NCBI GenBank assembly: GCA_944328405.1
Contig: CALVHP010000169.1
Location: forward strand, 1-45,863
Direction: 5' to 3'
DNA length: 45,863 nucleotides
From: an uncultured Clostridia bacterium
GTDB taxonomy: Bacteria; Bacillota; Clostridia; Christensenellales; Borkfalkiaceae
The stretch's first letter is position 1. Every line of letters begins with the position of its first letter. Both the position numbers and the translations under genes were made by a program. This document shows, in pieces, positions 1-14,216 of this stretch. Below the pieces are notes generated by a model. It did not search any database. It was not told the DNA's origin and worked only from the letters and a program-made list of their open reading frames with translations.

Positions 1-2
1 AC

Positions 3-2324
3 GATACCAACCAGAAGTATTCCAAATCGTACGCAAGCATCTTTATCGGCAACCTCTGTACCTTTTTCAACCTGCTTTGCGTTCTCGCCGCGCTGGCCCT
101 GATCTACTCCGGCGCCAGTTTTTCGCAATTTCTCTTCGTCGTGATCTTTGCGCTGAACATCGCCTTCGGGATCGTGATGGAGATCCGCGCCAAGCGAAAG
201 ATCGATAAGCTTTCTCTGCTGACCGTGCCGACAGCGCGCGTCATCCGCGGCGGACGGCAGACCGAAGTGCACGCCAAGGACATCGTGCTGGACGACATCG
301 TCGTCCTCACGCTCGGCAACCAGATCCCGGCGGACTGCATCCTCGCCGAGGGCAGCGTGGAAGTCAACGAATCGCTGCTGACCGGCGAATCGGTCCCCGT
401 CAAAAAGGAGCCGGGCGATCTGCTGTATGCGGGAAGTTTTATTTCCAGCGGCACATGCCGGGCGCGCGCCGACAAAGTGGGAAAAAGCACCTACCTCAAT
501 TCCCTTTCCGCCAAAGCGAAAAAGTACAAAAAACCAAATTCGGAACTGATGCGCTCGACGAAATGGATCATTTCCGTCATCGGCATCCTCATCATCCCCA
601 TCGCCGTGGGCATGTTCTTCGTCAACCGCAGCAACGTTCTGGCCGAAGTCGGCGTGTTCGGCCGCCCCGAACTCAACGAAGTGATCCAGCGCACCGTTTC
701 CGTCATCATCGGGATGATCCCTTCCGGCATGCTGCTTCTGACCAGCGTCGCGCTGACGGTCGGCATCATCCGCCTGATGACGCACAATACGCTGGTACAG
801 GACCTGTACTCGCTGGAAATGCTCGCCCGCGTAAACGTACTCTGCCTGGACAAAACGGGCACCATCACGGACGGATGCATGAAAGTCAACGACTGCATGC
901 TCCTGAACAATCCGACCGAATATACGGTCAACGAGATCATCGGCTCATACCTGGCCGCCCTGCAGGACAACAACCAGACCTCGATCGCGCTGTACAATTA
1001 TTTCGGACACAGCAACGCGCTGGAGGCCACGGCGACCATTCCCTTTTCTTCCAAACGGAAATTTTCGGCGGCCACGCTGGAAGGCGTCGGCACCATCGCC
1101 GTGGGAGCGCCCGAATTCGTACTCGGTTCCCTTCCCGAAAAAATCGGCCGTATCGTCAACCAATACGCCGCGATGGGGCTGCGCGTTCTGCTCGTCGCCC
1201 ATGCGTCCGGCAAGATCGTCGGAGACAAACTCCCCTCCGGCATGAAACCCCTCGCCATCATCTCCATTGCGGACAACATCCGCGAGGACGCGGCGCAGAC
1301 CATCCGCTGGTTCAAGGAAAACGACGTCGCCATCAAGATCATCTCCGGCGACAATCCCGTCACCGTTTCGGAAGTGGCGCGCCGCGTCGGGGTCAGCAAC
1401 GCCGAAAAATACATCTCGCTCGAAGGTCTGAACGAAACGGAAGTCGCCGCGGCCGCCAACAAATACACGGTGTTCGGGCGCGTGACCCCCGAACAGAAAG
1501 CGATCCTAGTCAAGTCGATCAAGTCTGAAGGAAACACGGTCGCCATGACGGGCGACGGCGTCAACGATATTCTCGCCATGAAGGAAGCCGACTGCGCCGT
1601 CAGCGTCGCTTCCGGCAGCGAGGCAGCCAAAAACGTCAGCCACATCGTGCTGCTCGACAACAACTTTGCGTCCATGCCCAAGGTCGTCTTTGAAGGGCGG
1701 CGCGTCATCAACAACATTCAGAACTCCTCTTCGATGTACCTGATGAAGACGCTGTTCACGACGATCTTTGCGATCATTTCGCTCATCCTCTGGCAGGGCT
1801 ACCCTTTCAAGACGAACAACATGATGCTGATGGAATTTTTCGTCATCGGCATTCCGACCTTTTTCCTCTCTCTGCAGCCCAACACAAACCGCGTCAGCGG
1901 CCGGTTTCTGCCATCCGTATTGGCCAAAGCGGTGCCGTGCGCGATCGTCCTCGTGCTGGCGGTGGAAAGCGTCAGCATCATCACGACGGCGCGGCCGGAT
2001 TATTTCCAGCAATGCTACGACACGGTCACCGTCGTCGTCATCACCTTCGCGGGGCTCGTGATGCTGTACAGAGTCTGCCAGCCGCTCAACTTCTTCCGCA
2101 CCGTGCTGTTGCTGGCCATGATCGCCGCCTGCGTTCTCGGGCTCACACTTCTGCCGACCATGTTCCTCGGCGAAGGCTATGCCGCCCTCAACTTTGTATC
2201 CGTTCTGTATGTGATCATCGTGATCCTGCTCTGCTTCCCTCTTTCGGGCGCCTTCCTGAAAGCCTCCGAAAAGTTGCGGATGCAAAAAAAGAACGGTCCC
2301 GACCCGGAGCGCTTTATGCGCTGA
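3..2324 (+). CDS. Cation-transporting P-type ATPase (CtpE-like), 5'-truncated by window edge
   Basis: Frame is open from base 3 (DTNQKYSKSYASIFIGNLCTFFN...). TGES actuator motif, DKTGT phosphorylation site, SGDN and GDGVND motifs, multiple TM helices. Confidence 0.93.
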   Translation, partial: DTNQKYSKSYASIFIGNLCTFFNLLCVLAALALIYSGASFSQFLFVVIFALNIAFGIVMEIRAKRKIDKLSLLTVPTARVIRGGRQTEVHAKDIVLDDIVVLTLGNQIPADCILAEGSVEVNESLLTGESVPVKKEPGDLLYAGSFISSGTCRARADKVGKSTYLNSLSAKAKKYKKPNSELMRSTKWIISVIGILIIPIAVGMFFVNRSNVLAEVGVFGRPELNEVIQRTVSVIIGMIPSGMLLLTSVALTVGIIRLMTHNTLVQDLYSLEMLARVNVLCLDKTGTITDGCMKVNDCMLLNNPTEYTVNEIIGSYLAALQDNNQTSIALYNYFGHSNALEATATIPFSSKRKFSAATLEGVGTIAVGAPEFVLGSLPEKIGRIVNQYAAMGLRVLLVAHASGKIVGDKLPSGMKPLAIISIADNIREDAAQTIRWFKENDVAIKIISGDNPVTVSEVARRVGVSNAEKYISLEGLNETEVAAAANKYTVFGRVTPEQKAILVKSIKSEGNTVAMTGDGVNDILAMKEADCAVSVASGSEAAKNVSHIVLLDNNFASMPKVVFEGRRVINNIQNSSSMYLMKTLFTTIFAIISLILWQGYPFKTNNMMLMEFFVIGIPTFFLSLQPNTNRVSGRFLPSVLAKAVPCAIVLVLAVESVSIITTARPDYFQQCYDTVTVVVITFAGLVMLYRVCQPLNFFRTVLLLAMIAACVLGLTLLPTMFLGEGYAALNFVSVLYVIIVILLCFPLSGAFLKASEKLRMQKKNGPDPERFMR

Positions 2325-2370
2325 CGTGCAGCCAACATACAGCGGCAAGCAAAACATCTTTTAGGTACGA

Positions 2371-2412
2371 ACGGGCGGGGAACGCAATCTGCGTTCCCCG
2401 CCCGTCTGTTTT
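2371..2412. terminator. Rho-independent terminator between convergent ATPase and gyrA
   Basis: Perfect 16-bp stem acgggcggggaacgca-atc-tgcgttccccgcccgt followed by ctgtttttg. Confidence 0.85.
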
Positions 2413-2435
2413 TGTTTCCTTTTCCGAATGAAAAA

Positions 2436-5051
<2,616 letters not shown>

Positions 5052-5063
5052 GGATGGTACCCC

Positions 5064-6989
<1,926 letters not shown>

Positions 6990-7014
6990 TCATAATGCAA
7001 CTTTATATGCATTC

Positions 7015-7043
7015 AGTATACCATATTTAGGCTCAAAAATAAA
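7015..7043 (-). promoter_or_regulatory. Putative SigA promoter of gyrBA
   Basis: Minus strand TTTATT-17 nt-TATACT with an extended -10 TG. Confidence 0.55.
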
Positions 7044-7192
7044 GCGTTTGCGGCCTTCACGGAAAAAGAATTTTTTCACCGATCGCGTTTAAGGCCCTTT
7101 ATCAGCCCTCTACGGCTTGAAAAAAGTTTTTTTGACTCAACACACGACTTTTCCGCCCGCCGAATATTTTATGAACTTCTTTCTGTTTTTTT

Positions 7193-7222
7193 GCATAAAT
7201 GAAGTATTTTCGGTTCATACTC
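7193..7222 (+). promoter_or_regulatory. Putative sporulation (SigG-like) promoter
   Basis: GCATA-18 nt-CATACTC, one mismatch to the SigG consensus GHATR-N18-CATNHTA; lies 24 nt upstream of the ATG at 7247. Confidence 0.5.
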
Positions 7223-7246
7223 AGCAAAAAGAACGGAGGCGGCAAA

Positions 7247-7402
7247 ATGAGCGAACTCAGGTGCGGAAAATGCGGCCGGACGTGCGGCGTTTCCGAGATC
7301 TACGTCTGCGACGAATGCGGTTCGTTTTTGTGCGAAGAGTGCAAAAACAGCGCGCACTCGATCTGCCCGGACTGCTACGGAAGACTGGTCAAATTGTGCT
7401 GA
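7247..7402 (+). CDS. 51-aa Cys-rich (4x CxxC) putative double zinc-finger protein
   Basis: SD GGAGG 7 nt before ATG; MSELRCGKCGRTCGVSEIYVCDECGSFLCEECKNSAHSICPDCYGRLVKLC; own promoter and terminator candidates. Confidence 0.8.
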   Translation: MSELRCGKCGRTCGVSEIYVCDECGSFLCEECKNSAHSICPDCYGRLVKLC

Positions 7403-7432
7403 AAGGGACGGCCGAAGCGGCCGTCCCTTTTT
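7402..7432. terminator. Bidirectional terminator
   Basis: aaagggacggccg-aag-cggccgtcccttt followed by tt; lies between convergent genes. Confidence 0.8.
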
Positions 7433-7470
7433 CCGGGTTTATCGGTTGTCTGCAATACGGCGCCTGCCGC

Positions 7471-8601
7471 TCACAGGGCGGCATTTGCCTCGCCGGCCGG
7501 AGGGCGGGCGACGTCCGCCGCGATCCGGTCGAGCAGTTTGCCTTCGAAACGCGCTTCCCCCGCAACGATCGAAGTTTCTGCCAGGCGCCTTGCCCGGGCA
7601 AGGGCGGCGCCCGCCGCGGCGCGGTCTCCCTTTACATACCACTCGAACGCCGCGACCGTGCGCTCGGAGGAGACGGTGCCCGCCCCGGCAAAGACCGCCG
7701 CATAGCGCGAATACAGCGCCAGAGCCCCCTCCGTGTCGCGGAGAACGCAGCACTTTCCGAACAGCACGTCGGCCGCCAGCGCCCCGCTGTAATACGGCGG
7801 CGCATACGCCAGCAGCGCGTCCAGCCGGAGCGTCTCTTTCGCCGCGGAAGCGGCGTCCCCCGCGTCGAGGTAAAAAGTGAGCCTGTGATCGGTCAGGAGC
7901 AGAAAATATACGTCGTCTTCCGGCAGGTTCGGCGGGGCGAAAAACAGTTTCGGGTCCAATTCCGAGGGCGTTCTCCCCTCGTACATGCCGCCTTCGATCG
8001 CCAGAATACGCAGCGCGACGGCGCAGGAGGGATCCCCGCGCAGAACGCCGAAAAAACTTGCGCCGTCGGTGCCGTCAAACACCGGAAGCACGTTTACAAA
8101 AAAGAGATGGAACGCCGCCGGAAGCGCCGTACAGACGAGCGCATAGACGGCGAACGGAACGCGTGCAAAAAAACCGAAAGCGACGGCCGCTCCCGCCAGA
8201 AACAGCAGCGAAAAGATCAGCCCGCCGGCCAGGAAGGCAAGGTAGCGCCCCCGCAGACGCCTCGTATGCTTCGGGATCATTTCCGTCGCGCCGGCGAGCG
8301 ACGCGGGGAGCGCGGAAAAGCAGGCGTGCATCTTCCCGCCCGAACGATACAGGCGGAAACAGGCGGCGCGCATCCCGACAAAGCGGAACCCGCAGAGCGC
8401 CCCGAACAGGACGTGGCCGAGTTCATGAAATATACAGCAGACCGCCGAGGAAAACACTCCGCCGAGCAGGAGCAGGAACAGCAGCAATACGGCGTGGAAC
8501 GCGCGGTAAAACTGCGCATATCCGAAATACAGGACGCAGCCGATCAGAGCCACGGAAACGACGGCGTCGGCGGCGACCGCCACGCAACGAGCGGCCCTCA
8601 T
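7471..8601 (-). CDS. M50-family (site-2-protease-like) membrane metallopeptidase with helical C-terminal region
   Basis: Start MRAARCV overlaps the ppx stop (ATGA). HELGH zinc motif in a TM region, downstream NVLP..GTDG motif. The track ORF's 194-aa N-terminal extension is a shadow of ppx. Confidence 0.8.
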   Translation of the reverse strand: MRAARCVAVAADAVVSVALIGCVLYFGYAQFYRAFHAVLLLFLLLLGGVFSSAVCCIFHELGHVLFGALCGFRFVGMRAACFRLYRSGGKMHACFSALPASLAGATEMIPKHTRRLRGRYLAFLAGGLIFSLLFLAGAAVAFGFFARVPFAVYALVCTALPAAFHLFFVNVLPVFDGTDGASFFGVLRGDPSCAVALRILAIEGGMYEGRTPSELDPKLFFAPPNLPEDDVYFLLLTDHRLTFYLDAGDAASAAKETLRLDALLAYAPPYYSGALAADVLFGKCCVLRDTEGALALYSRYAAVFAGAGTVSSERTVAAFEWYVKGDRAAAGAALARARRLAETSIVAGEARFEGKLLDRIAADVARPPAGEANAAL

Positions 8602-9464
8602 GGTTTCACCCCGCAGACCGCGTACAGATAGCCTTCCATGTTGTCGCGCTCGCTGACGACGATCTTTTCCGCCCCCGCGGCGGCCATCGCCGCGCGCAGC
8701 AGAAGGACCCCGCCCCCCAGAATGTCCGCGCGCCGCGGATCCATGCCGCGCAGGCGCAGCCGCTCTTCCTGCGAAAGAGACAAAAGCTTGTCCGCCCACG
8801 CCTGCACGCATTCCGCCGGCAAAACGGTGCCGTCGATTTGAGCCGGATCGTACGGTTCGACTTCCTTTTCCAGCGCGGCGAGCGAGGTGGCCGTTCCCCC
8901 GATCGCATACAATTCCGCCGTCGGCGGGACGCGGCCGAAGGCCGCCGTCTTTTCCGCGATCACGCGGGCAAGCGCCGCGCGGTCTTCGCCGCACAGATCT
9001 TTCAGCCGCACCGCCCCGATATCGGCGCTGACGGCACAGACGATTTTTCCGCCCGCGGCGACGGTGATCTCCGTGCTGGCGCCGCCGACGTCGACGATGC
9101 CGCCGTCCCGCCCGCCGAGCGCCCCGGCAAGGCCGAGAGCCGCCTCTCGTTCCCCGGAGATCACATCCACATCGACGCCGCATTCCGCGCGCACGAGGCG
9201 GACAAAGTCGCGGCCGTTTTCCGCGGAGCGCACGGCGGCGGTGGCAAACGCAGCCGTCTTTTCCGCGCCCTCGCGCGCGGCTTCCCGCGCGAACGCCGCC
9301 ACGGCGTCCGCCGTGCGGCGGATCGCCGCCTCCGACAGCCGCCCCGTCTGCGAAAGGCCGCCGCCGAGGCGCGTCGTTTCGATTTTTTTATAGATAGAAC
9401 GACCGTCCGCCCACAAAAGCAGGCGGACGGAATTGGACCCGATGTCGATCACCGCGTATTTCAT
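8598..9464 (-). CDS. ppx: Ppx/GppA family exopolyphosphatase (short form)
   Basis: IDIGSNSVRL, ATAAVR, SGEREA, DVGGASTE, IGGTATSLA, RRADIL. Confidence 0.92.
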   Translation of the reverse strand: MKYAVIDIGSNSVRLLLWADGRSIYKKIETTRLGGGLSQTGRLSEAAIRRTADAVAAFAREAAREGAEKTAAFATAAVRSAENGRDFVRLVRAECGVDVDVISGEREAALGLAGALGGRDGGIVDVGGASTEITVAAGGKIVCAVSADIGAVRLKDLCGEDRAALARVIAEKTAAFGRVPPTAELYAIGGTATSLAALEKEVEPYDPAQIDGTVLPAECVQAWADKLLSLSQEERLRLRGMDPRRADILGGGVLLLRAAMAAAGAEKIVVSERDNMEGYLYAVCGVKP

Positions 9465-9748
9465 GCATCCCCTCCGGGAAGGTAAATGTCGTCTTCGTAC
9501 CCGTACAGTTCCAACAGCCAGGCGGCCTGTTCCAGCCAGGCCTGCGAACGGTACACTTCCAGCGCATCATTCGACGTCTGGATGATCTGCTGGTATTCGG
9601 CGATCTGGGCGGTGAGTTCTTCGATGCGGCGGTTTTTCACCCCGATCGAGATCAGCTGACCGATCCAGAACACGATCAGGATGACCAGCAGCAGGACGGC
9701 CGCCACGGTTCCCCCGACGATCAGTTTTTTCTTTTTTGCGTCTAGCAT
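9461..9748 (-). CDS. divIC: Septum formation initiator (DivIC/FtsB-like)
   Basis: Basic N-terminus, single TM, coiled coil, then WLEQAAWLLELYGYEDD; yabP-yabQ-divIC synteny. Start at MLDAKKKK is inferred (no clear SD). Confidence 0.72.
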   Translation of the reverse strand: MLDAKKKKLIVGGTVAAVLLLVILIVFWIGQLISIGVKNRRIEELTAQIAEYQQIIQTSNDALEVYRSQAWLEQAAWLLELYGYEDDIYLPGGDA

Positions 9749-10094
9749 GAACGAATCCGGCTGCGCGCAGCAGGCGCCTGCAACCGCTCCTGGCAGTATT
9801 ATACATCTTTTTTGTGCAAAAAGCAACTATTCTGTGCAAACTCGCGCAATACAGCGCCAGACCCGCCAAGGCTGCCGCCGCCATGTACAGGCGGAAGTCC
9901 GGCAGACGGAAGAGCGCCGCGACGGCGGCGAACAGACAGCCGAACGCGGCGAAAAACAGGACGTCTGCGACCGCCGCGGCCCACTTCGCCGGCGTACAGG
10001 CGCGGACGGCGCAATCGAGCTCGTACGGGATCCCCGCGAGAATTCCGCAGAAGAGGCAGGCGGCAAGGACGTACAGCGGCTGGACGTCGTTCAT
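9567..10094 (-). CDS. yabQ: Spore cortex biosynthesis protein YabQ-like
   Basis: G(I)LAGIPYE, ADVLFF and FRLY hydrophobic pattern; start overlaps yabP stop (ATGA); C-terminal tail overlaps divIC. Confidence 0.75.
   Translation of the reverse strand: MNDVQPLYVLAACLFCGILAGIPYELDCAVRACTPAKWAAAVADVLFFAAFGCLFAAVAALFRLPDFRLYMAAAALAGLALYCASLHRIVAFCTKKMYNTARSGCRRLLRAAGFVHARRKKEKTDRRGNRGGRPAAGHPDRVLDRSADLDRGEKPPHRRTHRPDRRIPADHPDVE
9798..9826 (-). promoter_or_regulatory. SigA-type promoter internal to yabQ, pointing at divIC-ppx-M50
   Basis: Minus strand TTGCTT-17 nt-TATAAT in a locally AT-rich patch of a GC-rich CDS. Confidence 0.65.
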
Positions 10095-10348
10095 CCGAAC
10101 AGCCTCTTGGCAATCTTTTCGCGCTTGCCCTGGAACCGGATGCCGGAAACATTTCCGTCCGCCGTAAAGGAATGCGACGCCTTGGAAAAATTGGAGATTT
10201 TAAGGTCGCTTCCGCTGACGACGGCACGGCCGTCCGTCAGCGTCAGAACGATCTGCTGCGCCGAAAACGCGTCTACGCTCTCCACGCCGGTCACGGTAAT
10301 GCGCCTGCGGTCTTCGATCAGCGCGGTCTGCTGCCTGGTTTCTTCCAT
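10091..10348 (-). CDS. yabP: Sporulation protein YabP/YqfC family
   Basis: IEDRRRITVTGVESVDAFS...SGSDLKI...GNVSGIRF; SD GGAGGGG. Confidence 0.88.
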   Translation of the reverse strand: MEETRQQTALIEDRRRITVTGVESVDAFSAQQIVLTLTDGRAVVSGSDLKISNFSKASHSFTADGNVSGIRFQGKREKIAKRLFG

Positions 10349-10383
10349 AAAAAATATCCCCTCCGAACAATGTTCTCAGGGAT

Positions 10384-10407
10384 ATTCTATGAGGAGCGGC
10401 CCGTCCG

Positions 10408-10413
<6 letters not shown>
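10384..10413 (-). promoter_or_regulatory. Putative SigE promoter of yabPQ
   Basis: Minus strand GCATAAC-15 nt-CATAGAAT, matching the SigE consensus; yabPQ is SigE-controlled in B. subtilis. The -35 overlaps the typA stop codon. Confidence 0.6.
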
Positions 10414-12234
<1,821 letters not shown>

Positions 12235-12267
12235 AGTCTTTCTCCTGTACTCTTGTATAACACAGCT

Positions 12268-12296
12268 ATTTTAATACTTTTTGCGCGATTTAGCAA
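12268..12296 (-). promoter_or_regulatory. SigA promoter of typA
   Basis: Minus strand TTGCTA-17 nt-TAAAAT. Confidence 0.6.
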
Positions 12297-12308
12297 ACAT
12301 TTTGCATG

Positions 12309-12345
12309 CAAAAGAGCGGACATGCGCCCTTTTGCGCATATCCGC
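12309..12345 (-). terminator. Terminator after MBL hydrolase gene
   Basis: Minus strand gcggatatgcgc-aaaagg-gcgcatgtccgc followed by tctttt. Confidence 0.65.
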
Positions 12346-12358
12346 CGTCTTTTTTTCT

Positions 12359-13447
12359 TTATTGCCATTGCGAAGGCGCCGTTCTGTTCGCTTTGAACCA
12401 ATCGGTGTCCTTCAAAAGCACGTCGTTGTTCGAACAGCGGACGCTGACCCCGCTCCGGTTTGAGGTCACCACGATGTTGCCGTTCATGGAAACGAAACCG
12501 TCCTCCGCGCTCTCGTCGCCCAGCGAAGTGACATACACGCGGCCGGTGTATTTCGCCACGCGGTCGATCATGTCCTGCGTGGGGAACTGGTTCGCCGGCT
12601 CATCGGTATATTCGTCCGTTCCGGCGCAACAGCACACGCAGACGATTTTCGGCCGGATGACGGAAAGCAGGCAGTCGTTGGAAGAGGTCTTCGAGCCGTG
12701 GTGCCCGGCCTTGAACAGTTCGACTTCGGGAAGTTCGTTGTACTGCACGAGGTACTCTTCCCCCTCCTCTTCGAGGTCGCCCGTAAACAGGAAATGCTTG
12801 TCGCCCTGATTGAACAGCAGGCACACCGAATAGTTGTTTTCGTCCGCGCTCCTGTTTTCGTAAAAGTAATTGTACAGGATCTCCATCTCGACGCCGTCCG
12901 ACAGCTGATAAACGCGCTGCGCCCCGTTTTCGTTGTTGTAACATTCGAGCGCCGTATAATGCACCGCGCCGGCCTCGACCTCGGCGTCGCGCTGGGCGAC
13001 ATAGTTTTCGTAGGTCTGCGAATCTTTGTCCGTCAGAGGAAAATCGATGATGACTTCACACACGTAGCGATCAAAGATGCTCGGCGAAGAACTGCTGCCC
13101 GCGAACCCCGCGATGTGGTCCTGGTCGGCATGGGTCGCGATGACATATTCGAGCACGCCGTCCGTGCAGTATTGGTCTATGTAGGCAGACGTCGTTTCCG
13201 TGCTGGACGCGCGCGAACCCGCGTCGATGAGGATATCCGCGTCACCGGCCTTGATGTAGATGGAATCGCCCGCGTATTTGTTGCCCAGCTCCATAAAGTG
13301 GAAAGACAGATCGCCGCTGACATATACGTCTCCGCCGCTCGGGCGCCGGAGATAGGTATAGAGCAGAAACGCCGCCAGAAACCCGATGACGAGGGCCAGA
13401 AAGCACGCCAGAAACGTCTTGCCGCCCGAAAACCGTTTTTCAGCCAT
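12359..13447 (-). CDS. Membrane-anchored ComEC/Rec2-type metallo-beta-lactamase-fold hydrolase
   Basis: N-terminal TM; GDSIYI, LIDAG, THADQDH, ENNYS, FTGD, GHHGSKTSS motifs. Confidence 0.88.
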   Translation of the reverse strand: MAEKRFSGGKTFLACFLALVIGFLAAFLLYTYLRRPSGGDVYVSGDLSFHFMELGNKYAGDSIYIKAGDADILIDAGSRASSTETTSAYIDQYCTDGVLEYVIATHADQDHIAGFAGSSSSPSIFDRYVCEVIIDFPLTDKDSQTYENYVAQRDAEVEAGAVHYTALECYNNENGAQRVYQLSDGVEMEILYNYFYENRSADENNYSVCLLFNQGDKHFLFTGDLEEEGEEYLVQYNELPEVELFKAGHHGSKTSSNDCLLSVIRPKIVCVCCCAGTDEYTDEPANQFPTQDMIDRVAKYTGRVYVTSLGDESAEDGFVSMNGNIVVTSNRSGVSVRCSNNDVLLKDTDWFKANRTAPSQWQ

Positions 13448-13838
13448 TCGCGTAGTCCTCCGCCCCTTCGGGATCGCCGACGATCACGACGCGCACGCGC
13501 TGATAATCGCCCCAGCGGAGATCGTCGACCGTATAGACGAGCTGGTAGATGCCCTCTTCTTCGACGTTCAGCGCGTCGCCGCCGACCGTCACCTTGGAAG
13601 AAATATCTCTGCCGAAGGATACGACCGTCGCCATTTCGTCGCTGAACTGTTCGCCCACTTCCAGCCGCACGACGGCGGCCCCGTTCAGATCGAAGCGGTC
13701 GTTCTGCGTCAGCCGGCGGGAAAGAAAGATGCCGCCCGCAACGCCGGCCGCCAGAAAGACGAGCGCGAGAATGAGCGTGAGAGGATGCAGTTTTTTTGCC
13801 GAACGCGCGGCTCTGCGCGCCGCGTTCCTGTTTGCCAT
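13440..13838 (-). CDS. Small membrane-anchored Ig-like (DUF5011-like) protein
   Basis: SD GGAGGTG then MANRNAARR; one TM; LNG..VVRLEVGEQFSD...GIYQLVYTVDD..RVRVVIV Ig-like pattern; overlaps the MBL start by 8 nt. Confidence 0.72.
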   Translation of the reverse strand: MANRNAARRAARSAKKLHPLTLILALVFLAAGVAGGIFLSRRLTQNDRFDLNGAAVVRLEVGEQFSDEMATVVSFGRDISSKVTVGGDALNVEEEGIYQLVYTVDDLRWGDYQRVRVVIVGDPEGAEDYANG

Positions 13839-13861
13839 GTTCACCTCCGAACGTTTTATCC

Positions 13862-13890
13862 ATTCTACCATAGTTTGCCGAAAAAGTAAA
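13862..13890 (-). promoter_or_regulatory. Putative SigA promoter of the Ig-like/MBL pair
   Basis: Minus strand TTTACT-17 nt-TAGAAT with extended TG. Confidence 0.5.
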
Positions 13891-13916
13891 ATGCGTGCAA
13901 AGGAGGATTTTGCACA

Positions 13917-13964
13917 CAAAAATAAGAGGAAATGCGCAATTTCTTACACGTTTCCTCTCATTTT
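13917..13964 (-). terminator. Long GAAA-capped hairpin with U tail
   Basis: Minus strand aaaatgagaggaaacgtgtaa-GAAA-ttgcgcatttcctcttattttt; G-U pairs form only on the minus strand. Confidence 0.55.
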
Positions 13965-14216
13965 GATGCCCCGCTTCATCCTGCGGGTGCATTTTTTCAT
14001 ACAAAACGTTCACAGAATGCGATCCAACGCATTTTTCAAACTTTTCGCACAAAGAATTTTTACCGCATTCAAAGCGTGACTTTATATGAAAGCAGCCATA
14101 TTTCCGCGACAAATTTTTCGTATAAATCGCTTATGCAAACAATCTGTCTTATCGCTGCTGACAATACAAGTATCTGCGCTTTGCCGGCAATTATACGCGG
14201 GCGGCGAAAAAAATTT

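Noticed and set aside
8602-9183. Arg-rich N-terminal extension of the M50 ORF
   Set aside because: Alternative frame of ppx; the real start is at 8601 with an ATGA overlap.
10363-10377. GAAC-AAT-GTTC as a LexA box
   Set aside because: Spacer is 3 nt rather than 4, and it lies in the yabP 5' UTR.
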